A stretch of 62,690 nt of DNA, counting the filler, from Choristocarpus tenellus KU-1152 (Eukaryota > Protista > Phaeophyceae): NCBI GenBank assembly GCA_964200185.2. It is 11 parts of 11 records of this genome, joined end to end, with 100 filler letters (N's around TTAATTAATTAA, not from the genome) between each part and the next. Parts side by side here need not be neighbours in the genome. Positions count along the whole stretch, not along the records: positions 25,024 to 32,759 come from CAXNAD020005662.1; positions 32,860 to 41,719 come from CAXNAD020004251.1; 9 more parts are not named here. The stretch is one strand, 5' to 3'. Of the stretch, positions 26,470 to 39,929 are shown piece by piece. The position numbers were made by a program, and so were the translations under genes. Position 1 is the first letter of the stretch; each line of letters starts with the position of its first letter. The notes below the pieces were generated by a model that was not told where the DNA came from, ran no database searches, and saw nothing but the letters and a program-made list of their open reading frames with translations.

Positions 26470-27518
26470 AGCAACCCTTTCTATCCCATTTCTCTTCCTT
26501 TTCTACGCTCTACCCAGCATGATCCAGAAATATGTTTTTTTATGTCGCTCTTAATTTTCATATTTCTCAATATATAGAGACACACTTAGCACGATATTTT
26601 GCATGATAGATAGACAGATAGATATCATTACTTTCTTTGTGTATACTTTTAACCTCCTGTTTCATGCATTTACGCCTTCAAGGATGATGGGTTCTGCGGT
26701 CTTGGGGCAAAGAGTCCCATAAGATTTGACGACAATTTCAACCTAATTGATTTTTTCAGGATCCACGTTGGCTGTGGAGCTGCACTGAGTCAGGTGAGTG
26801 AGAGGCATTCCGTGCTCGCCACTGTGTGTTGGTCCTCCACTTGGAGAACTCCTAGTGTTTGAGGTTGTCCCGACGTCTTATGCAACAGGTCCAACATTGT
26901 CAATACTTTACTATACCATATCACTGCACTTTTTCAGATGAGATATCTAGAACAAGTCATGGTGTGAATCACGGGCTTTGCCCATCCAGAGCCTTGCAGG
27001 TCTTTTTGTAACGCTGGAGGTTGCCATCTGTTATTCGTAGAACGTTGAGAGGGGTACTAAAACACTCTGCTAAAACCTGTAGTAATTCAAGTGCTGGGGG
27101 TTGTGAAGGGATGGGTTGCCTCAAATTATGTTACCGAGTAGTTTCTGAGATTAAACACTAAAGTTGGGTTTTAAGAAACTGCAGATAGTACTTGGCATTT
27201 TGTAAAGGATCATTTTCTTGTCTCCAGCTGGTACCCTGTTACTGTGTGGAGCGTTCCTCAAAAAGGACTTGGCCTTAGTTTAACTATCACACTTGTTAAA
27301 ATCGATCAGTCAATACTCGCCTTTGATTCAGTTCGTATTTTTCAAGGTTGGCAAGTGGAATCAACAAAATCTATGTACTGCACAGTATATCACTAATTTG
27401 CTGTAGTGATGGGGCCTGGAAGATCCAGGGTAGGAATGTACTCGGAGTATCATAGATTTATTGTATGGTTTAGCGATTTGGAAAAGCTGGAATTTATTAA
27501 CCCCTGGTGCCGACCTCT

Positions 27519-28018
27519 GTGCCAGAGTAAATGAGAGGTACCCAGCTCTTACAATTTTGCATTTAAGCCTGTTTTGCGATCTTTTGCATTTCGCACATAT
27601 TTCTATGGATGAAATGCTATTTTTGACTTGAGAGCGTTGATTTCTCTATTTGAAACTTTTCGACAGAAGACAGAAATATCCTGTCCGCATTTGCAAAAAA
27701 AGCCGAATTTTGCGGATAATTATCAGCATCCGTAAAATGCAACTCTGGGTACCTCTCCTCGACCCAAACCATTTGATAGGGTAGGAGTTTTGCCCTGTTT
27801 GTTCGTGTTCGGGGCTTGGCTTCCTATATTACCCATTTAATGCCCTTTTTCGGTTTTCTGTGTTAACACAGTTACCTAAAATGTCTACAACTATGGAAGG
27901 TGTGTCACGCTAACAAACACGATAGTCAAAATTACATCGCAATCGTAACATTGGATTTTGGACCCCAAGCGGACGTGGCCCTACCCTCTTAATTGCTTTG
28001 ATTCGTTTACTTTGATTC
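27519..28018 (+). mobile_element. MITE family D copy with a family A copy (27761-28004) nested in its right TIR
   Basis: TCT|GTGCCAGAGTAAATGAGAGGTACCCAG...CTGGGTACCTCTC-[family A]-GTTTACTTTGATTC|TCT; body homologous to 59663-59911. Confidence 0.75.
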
Positions 28019-31000
28019 TCTTGGGCAGTAAAAACTTGGCGACAGGGTTGGTATTAATGGTATTGGTTGTCCATGGTAATATGGTTGTTGGCAAGGGAAA
28101 AAGGATCAAGGGGTCTTGAATCCTGACCTTGTCTCTCTTTTCCCTTCTACCTAACTTTAACCTGTTTCTAAACGCGATCCATGCCCTGACGAACAATTTG
28201 TCTAGTAGCATAAATGTACGGCCATTACAATCTTGACACCTTGTACACGACACAGATTGCCAAGCATGGAGACAGCCCGTTGCTTGTTGCCTTCACGAGC
28301 AGGATGACTGCGCTAGCATTTAACCCGATTGGCAAGTCCACTGGAGAGGTCTCTTATGAGGCCTCGTTGGGTCAGGCCGTGCACTGGCATAAATACATCC
28401 ACCAAGCTCACCCACTCATCGACATGGAGGCAAGAGAAGAGTGGTGTAGAATGTCATGAGTGTATTTTGTGGACTGAGGGGTTCATGCAGACTCTGGTCA
28501 AAAGAAATCGATGGGATGGTTTTTGGGAGTGCAGAGGACAAGGCACATTTGCACTTCCCTACTTCATCTCTGGCACTGTGACTCTTTGGGCTTTTTCATG
28601 TACCATGCACTGGATCCGTGGGTCAAATACCGAGATCCAATCAATTAACCGTGACTATCACGAACAGGAGTCGTGCTAGACCCCTCTGCTCATTGACACT
28701 AAGGCAGCGTGTGTTCTTGAATATTTCCTCTTGGACGCATGGCGGATTTGATGTGCTAGAGCAAGATGGCTTCATATTGATTATGTATGTTAGGTTTACA
28801 ACATGTCGCTTGTCACAATTACAATGACGAAACAAGAGAGACTCCCAGGCTTACCTTATCATGTTGGGATTGTAATCGTTTACATTAGCTAGGTGTTAGA
28901 CTGGAACTTTTTATTACTATGTATCAGAAACAGAACACGTCGTAGGATATAATCTAAGGAAGGCATATGGAATATGATGTCTAATCTAGTATATGCAGGG
29001 ACCGTTGAACACATCAACATCCAATCGGTAGATCCATCACTCGTTTTTCCTGTCTATTACCTATCCTACCACTAGTGTTGTTTAGAGTGCATTAGCAACA
29101 ATCACTACAAATATGCTTGAGTTTTGGTCATTGAAACTGCAAGGATTGTCGAAAATTTGGTGGGGGAAAGAGTAGGAGTAGGTCTATTGTAGATACGACC
29201 ACCCTCAAATATTGCATATATTTTGGTTTTGATCTCCTTCGGGTCTATCCGACCGTGCACACGTAAATTGTTGTCGTGTTCCATTCAGGTGTGCATCAAG
29301 TGTGACGAGGACTTCACCAGGTATCTATCTATTTTCAGCTCCTACAGCGGGAGCATTTGCTTTGCTGTTCTTATGCCGCATTCTGCCATCCGATAGTATG
29401 GTTTTCAAAAGTTTACGCTAGAAATTGGAAAGAACTGCGAAATAGGTTGGAAATTAAGTCGTTGATAAAAACACTTTTTTTTTCTTGCTGCACAAAGCCT
29501 TGAAATATGGATTCCCTCATTGAGTATTTTCTATACCTCACCCCCCACATTTCTGCACCCTATATAATCCACCTACCCTCCATGCCTACCTGCTTTCTTT
29601 GGCTGTTTTTCTGTTGCGCTCGACCCTTCGTGAACGTATGCACAACTATGAACTCTTGTTTTGCGCTCTACTCAAAGTGTATATAAGGCATTCCATGCAT
29701 TTGTCAGGATCACCAAGATATTTACTGAGGACAGAAACACACTTCCCCTCAACATTCCCCTCGAGATGCGCTTCACCAAGCACAGTGATAGCCTTCTCTC
29801 TCCTGCATACGGCAAAGAGGCAAGTGGAGAAGGAATTTGAGTCACGAATAACATGCGTATAACTGAACAAAGGGACATATTTTTGTCCACATTCTGCTCG
29901 TCACAGATTGCTTGCTACCTTGGCCTTGTGTCCTATTACATGACATACGCGTATTGAAAAGCATGACAAGAAACCTACTCAGTACATACTTAGGTGATGT
30001 CAATCCTGCAGTTATATTCATGAGCTATCTGTAGGTTTTCAATGGACTATTTTAGTCAAGATTTGACCAAATAATTAACGTTAACAGCTACAGCTATCAA
30101 GTCTATCTCTTCGTTTATGAATAGAATTGTAGCATGAATGGTTTAAACTGTCTGGCTGCTACACTTGATAAGAATGATAGACAAGCACCTTCTGCATTCC
30201 ACTTTGCTCGTCCTTTTCGAATTAGAGAGCAATGTAGCCAAATTGTACTGTTTTTCTTCTTTCCACATATTTACTTGGGTTGTCTTCACAGCAAGGGCCG
30301 TATCACATTTTCGAACCATTTTATGTCACTTCACAAGGTATCTCATTGCACTGGAAACAATTAATTTGAAGAGGTGCACAAATAGAACTAGGTTGTGAAA
30401 GAACACCGGTCGATGAGTGTACAAGGTGAAAATTAGGTCAAATATCCCCGAGGAAGCAAGGATAAAACGGTGACAGTGCATTTAGTTAATATCTACTCCG
30501 AGTAGAAGTTAGTAAGAAGTAGTGCAGTGAAGAGTTGCGGTGGCCACAGGTCGGGATCACCCCCCACAAATATACGGCGAGAAAACGCCTGACAGATTCT
30601 TAAGATGCTTCCCTAGGTCCTCACCCACCTTCGTAGGGCCGATCTAGGTTAGAATCATAACAGTGTACACATTTCTTAGAGGTGAACGACGTTTAAGGGG
30701 GCAGCATTTCCTCTCTATATTGTTATTGTTCAAACAAGTACATTTTCTATGGAGGAGTATTAGCACAATAGCATTCACAACAAGTGTGGCATGTATGGTA
30801 GTTTTAATAATATATATGTTTGGACCCTTGTGTGTGAAAATATTGTTAAACACAGAATAAATTTATCCTCACAAGAATGTCGAACCGTTGATTCAGTTCA
30901 GAGTATATAATCCCAACAATGCTGCTGTGGATATGGTGTTTATTCTCCGAGTTTTCAATATTTTGAGAAGAAAACTAAATTATTACCACCAGTATATAAA

Positions 31001-31719
31001 AAGCTGCAGCGGATACCCAATTTGGTATGATTTTGTATTGTGAATTCCCCTTGTTTTGTCCTCAAACAGCTCTTTGAACTGGTGGACTCAACAACAGAAC
31101 CTCTTCAAAACAGAAGATAATTGCCAAACAATGTGTGGAGGTTTCATAAATCAGACAAAGAGCAAGCTTAAATAAACTTGTGCACATATTATTTTCCCCA
31201 CAAACATTGGAGATGTGTTAGGGGGGGGAATTCAAAAGCAAAGTTTTATGGTGAGGAGTTAGTGGTCGTCAATGCTATGACATCTCCCCAAAATATGTAC
31301 AGTAATGCCCTCTTGAAGACTGTACTCTACGAGTAAGTGTGCCTGCTGCTTTGCTTCTAGCTTAGCTTAGCCTTATTGTGGTGGGCGAGGACCTGGGGAA
31401 GCAGCGATGACAGCCCCTTTCCTGCAATTACCTCCGGTAGATACTCTTCTCCCTACTGCATGAGTGGACAACTCATCCAGACGCTCAGAACTTTCCATTT
31501 AACCGCGAAGGTGTTTGAGAAGACCACACAAAGGGTCAAAAGATCTGTCACAATGGGTGCACTTTCCCGCCTCTGCTACAGGATGAATGTGTGAAATGGT
31601 AGGATGGTTGAACCTCTGCAAAATGGGGTTATGTATAGTGTTGAAAAGGTTACTGACTTCCATGTTCGTGGTAAATGAAATCTCCAGATTAGTCCATATC
31701 TGTTTGCTTCTATTTATTG

Positions 31720-32690
31720 CTTCCACCGTTCGGAATTAAATGTAACGTATCTTTTGTAGCCCCAATGAAGAAGAAAGATTCATATATTCATATTTTATGG
31801 ATGTGTTATGCAGAGACTAAAAGGTTGCCCACCAAAATCTCAGGCGAAATGGGCATACTACACCTAGCTATGATTCCACCCCCGAAGTTCTCCAAAACTC
31901 CATTACAGCACAGTATTTTCACTGCATCCACTGGAGCATTCGAGGGGGCCTTGCCCACCTCAGCCTTTTCCTTGCTAAGAGTTGGAATTTGAAGACGTTG
32001 TCCCCCTTGAATCCCATCACTTCACCGTAGACTACGAAGAGGCTCTTCCAGATGTACTCTAGGGACTCCCGGGGGTACACATTGAATGCCTCCATTGTGA
32101 CCTTCACAAGCTCCTTTGTGTTGGTCACCCCCACGACTTCTTTAGTTGCTGGGTGGAAAGAATCCCAGGTAGTTGATGTTGAGGTCAGGTGAGTTGACTG
32201 GCAGGGACTCTATGACAGTGTCATCCCCCCCCACCTCCTCGATTCCCTCCATGATCCCCCCGTTGATGTGTAGCTTTGCCCCGTCCTGCTGCATGAAGAT
32301 GATGTGTCCTTTCGGCCTAGGCATGCGGGCTTTGATCACCAGGATGACTTCCTCGATCAAGAACTTCTTATACCTCTCCCCATCCACCGTGCCTGGCATA
32401 AGGACCTTGGTGCCATTGGGGCGGTGTTTGCTGGAGCGCTGAGCGACCTTAGTGTCCACAATTGTCCAGATCCAGATTGTCCCATTGAATCACACCATGT
32501 TGGAAAGCTTCCTAGGGCGGGCCACAAGTTCAAGGAACATCACCTCTTTAACGTAATACTTATTATGTGCCGCTGGGGAATTGGGGGGGTCCTCAGTGGG
32601 GTGCAGGTACACACCTTGCCCATTTTTGAGGATATAAAACCACTTCTCGTAAACATGCATCCAGTCACATAGATTATCCACAAATGGTCC
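31720..32690 (-). pseudogene. Plant-type (DD39D) mariner transposase pseudogene with a Stowaway-like TIR
   Basis: Motifs MHVYEKWF (HIDEKWF), EVMFLELVARPR (KVMFL..VARPR), AQRSSKHRPNGT, IFMQQDGAKLH and LPVNSPDLNINYLGFF. There is an in-frame stop at 32490 and a frameshift near 32140. CTTCCACCGTTCGGAATTA at about 31720 resembles the CTCCCTCCGTTC TIR. Confidence 0.88.
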
Positions 32691-34885
32691 ACTTCCCCCC
32701 CTGGGTCAATGTATCTGGGGTGGGGGGGGGGTGGTTTGTGAGGGAACGTCCATTTCGTTNNNNNNNNNNNNNNNNNNNNNNNNNNNNNNNNNNNNNNNNN
32801 NNNTTAATTAATTAANNNNNNNNNNNNNNNNNNNNNNNNNNNNNNNNNNNNNNNNNNNNCCCCCCTCCCAGATACTTTGGGTCGCTTCCTGCAACTCAAG
32901 CTGGATAACATGAGGGTTTCATTGAAGGTTTGTATAGACACATGTGGAGGTAAGGACTTCCCTTCATCAGACTTCCAATGCCTGAAAAATGTGGGTGATT
33001 GGAGGTTTGGGGTCCATGGGACCCAGATAGGAGTGTGACCTGAGATCTAAGTCTGTTGTTGTGTTTATATCTCACCGAAGTGTCTCTCACAACACATCCT
33101 CTTGTGTGCTTAGTCCCTGCACGTACCTCATGTTGCAATAATCTCTTTCTGTTTGTAACCAGAAAATGCACCTGTCTAAAATAATCGTGTACAAAATACA
33201 AAAAAAAAAACATATTGACACTTTATCCCAGTCAATATTAGGGGAAGAAAAGGACAAAAACAAAGCTCAACGAAGAATANNNNNNNNNNATCTTATCCCA
33301 GTCAATTTTGGGTCAAGTCCATCCTCAATGAAAAGCTCCATCTTCAATTTTTGAAATCGGCTGTTCTCTCAGGTAGAGAAATGGGAGAAATGGGAGAAAT
33401 GGGAGAAATATGGGAGATTAGAGGCAGCCATATAATCATTGTCCTATTACATCCATGAATTTCACGGGTTCCACTACCTTCAAAGTCAACCATCCTTCAT
33501 GTGAAATGTATCAATTTTGGTAATTTTTTGCTTACATGAGTATTGTGGGTTCAAACTTCTTCGATAACATACTTTTTTTACAGATACTTTTAGAATGGAG
33601 TAGTATTACAAAATTGTAGTAATTATTATTAAAGTAATTAATACTATTTTTATCAAGAGTAGTGTGAGGGATGAGAGACTGTTGGTTGAAGTTGTAGTTC
33701 AAAGAAGGTAGTGGAAATTGGTTGAGAAAAGGGAAGGATAATAAGGACAATAAAACTTATATTTTTAGAAAGAAAAGTGGTGGAAGAGAAAAAGAGAAGA
33801 GTAAAGATAAGAAAGATTAGAACCCTCACAGAAAAAACATAACACAAAACGTAACGCCAACAGAGATGAAAAAAAACGAAGAAAGGGTGCGAGAGAAATC
33901 AGCTCAACAAGAAAAGAGCATTCAGCAGATAGTAATAATGGTGGTGAGAGTGGCCAGCGACCTCAGCCTGCTGCTTTGGTGTGACGTACATTATTACCTA
34001 TCACACCTTCCTTGGAATGTCATTCAGCCTTCAAGCTTGTTGTGCCTTCATTCACATACTTGTACCACTCCTGGTGGCTAGTGGCCCTGGTGCTCGAACC
34101 CTCACCTCCAATCCCAAACTTGTCAACATTGTGTTGGAGGCATGTTAATCAGTTCTGACCCTGTCCGCCTTGCTTCCGTTTTCCTACGGCAACGTCCCAA
34201 AACATCAATACCCTAAACTGTTGCTTGTTCCCCATGTATGTGAGGATTTGTTCCGGGTAAAATTCTAATATAACCTCTGTTTGCCCACTATTATTGCCTC
34301 CATACTCTCAAACCCACTCCTCATATAAGCTCTTGTACGATTGTTGGTGTATGAAAATTATTAAAAGGAACAGGTGGACGTTCGATGATTGTTTCACTTT
34401 GTGATATCCATGGTTCCCATCTACCTGTAACTATGTAGGATAATTCATTGTTATTTATTTATTTGAATGGAGTATCTTAACTCATAACAATCCACTTTTC
34501 GCGCCCCATATCGCACGATGACGAGCTGCGCGATGAATCAATAATCAGTAGAACCACATCAATGAAAATACAAAATGATATTCTAATATAAAAAAAACAG
34601 AGAAAATATAAACAATCCAGAAAAAAGAACCAACAATTCTTGGAGATGAATATTGAATTGTTGCCCAATTTGTGTGTTCAAGAAAATTGGCGGTATTCTC
34701 AGAACTCCTCATCTTCTCCCTAAACCGCTCTATTTGTTTGTATATTATGTGGATTTAGGTTAACAATTGTGTAGGAGTAGGGATTCCGTTGTATGAGGTA
34801 CATAACCATATATTGGCCACACAAACTACCTGCCACTTCTTCGCCAGCATAACTCTCAGCCTTTGGCAGCTGCTTCCATTAGACT

Positions 34886-37005
34886 ATGTCGGCCACTCAG
34901 ACAGGGACCAAACGCCCAGGTTCTCCAGAGGAGCGCGTAGAGGAACCTAAGAAGGTAGCGATATGGGATAAGGACTCGTGTAAGAGTGCACAAGATGGTG
35001 GGGAGCACGAAGAAAAGAAGCCTGAGGTACATGCAATGTATGTCCCAATGTCTCAAACAAAGTTAAAAGCAACCAGAAATAGTTGGCGTTGACCTGTCGC
35101 TTAGATTCTCTCCCTACTCAATTCTTACGAGGTACTAATCTTAACGTGTCTGTTTCGTTTGGATTTGTAGGACCCCCCCACTCGTAACGGTGTCCAGGTG
35201 GATATCGTGACGCAAGATTCCGACAAGTTACTCCAATTCTTGGTCAAGGCGATTGGAGGCCGAGAATATTTCCGCTTCAAGGAGGAGTCAGGCAAGATCC
35301 TACACCTGGCTGTGGATATCGGGGGTGTGAGCGCTTTCACCGCTGATAAGGGCAACGCCTTTGACAAGGGGGAAGGCGACAAGTACGTTCGCCTGAACTT
35401 GCACACTCCTGAACCCGAGGTTCTTGGAGAAAAGATGGTCAAGGCGGGCTCGACGGTCGTACTACCTTGCGAGAAGCAGTTCTGGGGTTCCACGTAAGGA
35501 TTGCAGGGGTAAAATGTTTCATTCGTCCATCACCGGCCCAGAATCCCCATAAAGTCGTGTGAACTCGGAGTCCTGAGATGTCTCGCAGATAAGATGCACT
35601 CCGCAATTTAATCGCAAAATATGTTCTTATTTGTGTTCATCACCAACAACTACCTCACTCTTGCCTAACCCAATTGCCTTGTCAACGTGCCAGCTTCATG
35701 TGACACACCTATTGGCCTTGTCTCCTCTCCTGAAAACGATGCAGGTATGGGCAGTACAAGGACCCCTTTGGACAGGTCTGGACCTTATGCACCCCTTCAA
35801 GTCCGGCCCAGGATATACCAGAACCACTTCGCCGAAAGGTCGTGCCTTTCATCTCGGTCAAGAACGCCGATGCGTACATTGCATTCCTGAAGGATACACT
35901 AGGAGCTGAGCCCTTGGGACCAGTAGCCAAGACCCCTGAGGGCAAGGTCATGTGTCAGGAGTTGATCCTTAATGGAGGGGGTCTAATTATGGTCGGCGAC
36001 CATTTCGACGATTCCGAGGGAGCTGTTGTCAACATCATCCTCGGACTTGAGCATGGTCAGGCTGCCAAGGTTGCTAAGGAATTTGAGGTCAATGGTGGAG
36101 AAATTGTGGACCCTCCTTCTCTCAAGTTTTGGGGACAGGGTGAGTGCCCTAGGGGTATAAGGCCAGGAGTGTTGATATGATCAGTCACGAAGGGACCATC
36201 ACCCTCTCCCTGATATAGAAAACCTCACAACTTATCTCTTTGCCAAAGTATCCACCTTCCCAAGTATTGCTTTTTATTACTGAGAGAGAGGGAACTTAAA
36301 TGTTGTTGGTAACCTTTTCATATCTCCAAATTCCATTCCCACACGCCTCTGCTGTTTGTTCTCTTGCTAGTGTTCGGTAAGTGCAAGGATCCCCTTGGTG
36401 TGACCTGGTGTCTCAGTGAGCCAGAAGTTGCTGAATACAATGAGGAGGAGAAGGCAATCGATGTCCGCCTGGGTGCTAAGCATGCCTGGAAGTGGTCATG
36501 GGGAGTAGAGGATGTTCCTCGCATGTGCTTCTACGGTGAAGTCCGTTCTGTAGATAAGAAGGAAATTGAGGATGCAATGAGCGACATGATGCCAGCAGCT
36601 CATGGGGCTGCATGCAAGGCTGGTGCCACCATCACAGGGCACCCTGGTGCTATATATTACACATGGGATGAGGGGGAAGGGGGAAACACACGTATCACTT
36701 GTGGACCCATGATAGCTGAAGGGATGCCTGAGGTGGAAGGAGATGGTGTTGGCAGCCGTTCAGTTGGTGGGGGAAAGTATGCAACTGTGACACATGTTGG
36801 GCCCTACAATGGTCTCAAAAAGGCATGGGAATCTCTGTTTGAGTGGGCTGCAGGAAAAGGTCATGAACTGGTCATGCCAGGGTTTGAGTTGTACGAGAAC
36901 AGTCCAACTGATGTGGACGCCTCCAAGCTAAGGACCAAGGTTCATATAACCATCAAAGATAAATCCCCACCCTCTGGTGCTGCCCCCACTGCACCATCTG
37001 GCTAA
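34886..37005 (+). CDS. Complete 4-exon gene, 497 aa: two tandem PhnB-like VOC (glyoxalase/bleomycin-resistance) domains fused to a C-terminal GyrI-like small-molecule-binding domain
   Basis: Exons 34886-35026, 35171-35493, 35745-36139 and 36371-37005 have canonical GT/AG ends and total 1494 nt from ATG to TAA. VOC signatures are KILHLAVDIGG...QFWGSTYGQYKDPFGQVWTL and VVPFISVKNADAYIAFLKDTLG...KFWGQVFGKCKDPLGVTWCL. The GyrI-like signature is GGKYATVTHVGPYNGLKKAWESLFEWAAGKG...FELYENSP...LRTKVHITI. Confidence 0.9.
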
Positions 37006-38479
37006 CTAACACAAGGAACAGTCGCTGTTGAGCTAGAGATGATGGCTTGGTGTGGGAGGGGGGGAATGTAAAATATAGATTTGACTGGACTACTCTCAAC
37101 CCCTTACCAAAATTTACCTCTAGAAATACTTGTGGTGATGGGAACGGATTGCTTTAAGGTCCCTGTGGAAGTGTTGCAACACACCCAAAGTAAGATAGGT
37201 TTGGGTTTGCAGGATTCTGAATTGTATTTTTATATCATGATTGGCTGGATTGTTTTGGAACTGTTGCAGTAGCTATCTCCTGTTTATGCTGCATCTACAT
37301 GGTGTGGAGTAGAATGGGAAGAGGCAGGTGGTTGGTCAGACTCTCATCGGCTTGGCGGCACACCCTTAGATGTAACATAAGTTGAGGATGTGAATTGTTA
37401 GGGAATCCTCCTTCACAACTCCAGGTATAATTTGTTGCTTGCGTATCTGCGCTTTAGTCAACCTTTACAACATTCACATCAATGTAATTTTGTAGTAAGC
37501 TTGTTATTGGAAGGTATTGTAAATAAGCAAGATAGGCTAATAGTTAAGTGTCCAATTGTTCACCTCAAGTCATGCATGTCAGGTCACCAAGTTGGGCAAA
37601 GCCTTTAAAGAATAGTAACGTTGATGCTCTACAATTCTCTAGGTCCATCCACCAGTAAGTAGGTGTCCATCAGCACAAATCATCATAACCCTCCATGTTC
37701 CATCCTCGCAGTTTCACCAATGTGATGTCCTGCATTTACTTCATAAAGAATCCCTTTCCTGAAACCTGGGAGAACGCAGAGTGGAGGAAAGGAAATCATT
37801 TTTTACTTTTTTGGAAGTTCAGAAGTATTATCATCTACCTGTGTTGTTTTGCTCTGTTGTGGAGTGGGCAGTATGGTGTGGCTGAGAGAGAAACCGATGA
37901 GGTAATCATAAATTTAGCTTACACCATGTATAGATGCGGCATCTTGACTGGCCCAATCACCCCCCTATTTTCATTAGCACTACACAGTACAGTAGAGAAC
38001 ATGAAGGTATTTTAATTGTCATAGAGAAGGTTTTGGGTTACAGATGAACTTCTTCAGATGGACAAAAAATTGAGTAAAACAACTTTCCAGTGCGATCAAT
38101 CTAACCTGATGTAAAACAAAAGCTGTCCCCCCCAAATTTTTCCTTTTTTATGGCACTACCCAACACAATCGTAATCAAAAATGATTTTTCTGTCTCTTCA
38201 TGACTGGTGGAAGTTTGCGTGTGATTGTTGTAAATCATAGAGCTTATAGTTTTCAGATAGACAAGGTGTATGAGAGTACTCTGACTTTATCCCAATACTC
38301 TGTACATCATGACACTTTACAAAAAAGGTACTAGTACCTGGACACAAAGTGGTGCGTATCTGTGGTCTTACATACGATACTATCCTTACTTCCTATCTCT
38401 GTGATCATTGAACAGAATGGGAAAATGTACATGGTTTCGTAGTATTGTTCAAATAGTTCTACCAATAGTTCCTAAAAAG

Positions 38480-39400
38480 AGAGAATTGCACAGGTCGCCA
38501 TCATGTGATGGGACTTACAGCAATAACCACACGTACTTACCCACCCAGCCACACCAACTTATTTTCAGGGTCCCCATAATCGCATGTCAAAAAGCGAGTC
38601 TGAAAAATGTAAACGATATTATCCTACCCCCAAAAAGCAGTCATCGCACAATAAAAAGGCTTCCCTCTGCTCTGCAGTAAGCCTTTGTCTTCCCCCAATG
38701 CATAATCCAATTTAAGTAAGAATTCTGGAGCTGATTGGGTGCGTACAATTTCTGGGAATAAACAAACTTGATGCCATGAAAAACATAAAAATAAGAACTT
38801 TGTACGATCAATTGGGGAAAAAAAAGAGAGCATTACTCCAGATATCAACATTAGTCATACCCCAGCAATTAAGACCCTCAAAATATTGATAACAAAACTT
38901 GCAGAGTTGATCAGGAGTTACACTTGAGAAACAGGAATTGTCCACTCATACCAACCTGGTTAACTCAAACCGGTAAGCCTTTCACTGTTCCTACCTCAGC
39001 CAACAGAGCCAACAGGTAGAGTGCTCTTTGATGAAGCACATCTGCAAGGGACCCCAACCTAGACATGCTAATGAAAAAAAATACAACTGAGGTAAATAAT
39101 TAAGAATTTGAACTACAATGACTATAACAACGCATATTGGTCATTCAAATAGAGGACTCTTCTCTTCTATCCTAGAGTGACATGAAGAAAATTACGTTCA
39201 AACTTTACAAAAACGCCTCTATTGACACACACACCATGAATACAGCCAGAATAGACATCCTGAAGACCTATGTCACAACATTTCATGACACACACAACCT
39301 TACGTTTATTGATGTGGCCCCTAGTCCAGACAAGAAATTCATGCCGTTTATCACAAGATGATCTATGAGGAAATTCACATCATCATGTCTATCACTTTGG
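38480..39400 (+). mobile_element. Highly decayed non-LTR (LINE) reverse-transcriptase relic
   Basis: Fragments SPSCDG (compare KSPGPDG) and ISHTPAIKTLKILITKLAELIRSYT*ETGIVHSYQPG (compare RPISLLN..YKI..K.LA.RL......I...Q.GF); many stops. Confidence 0.4.
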
Positions 39401-39929
39401 GATGATCTATTTCCCCTGCTTCCCTGAGGTATGTTACCCGGCCCTCTCCTTAAGCTCCCCCCCCTACAATATCCCTCCTTGCTTCACCTATCACTATTCC
39501 CTTCATCTCTTTTCAAGTTGTACCCTTCCTCATCCTGTGCCTTTTCAACCTTCCTCTCAATATTTAAAAGCTAAGCCCATGTCAGAACATGATCAATGTT
39601 TTTATGGTTCTATGACGGTACCCATACCCCCACATTGATGAGACTCCTGAGCTCCATGAAAAGTGCTCAAGCCTTGCAAAAACAGCATGCATAAGGACAC
39701 CCATGACTTATTCTTCATCACTCCCTACCATCACTACAACACACAGGACGGAAACTTCAGATCATAGACAGGAAACAGAGACTACTACAAATGCACTGTT
39801 GAAGGATCTGTAACAGTACAAAAGCAACAGCACGTTTTGAAATATCATGACTTTCCAAATCAACATTAATGAGAGATCAAAGGTACAACTGCCATTCGGC
39901 GGTGAAAAATAATCCTAGAAAGGGCAAAA

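Noticed and set aside
35125-35951. Minus-strand ORFs of 122 and 80 aa
   Set aside because: They are antisense shadows of the VOC-VOC-GyrI exons.
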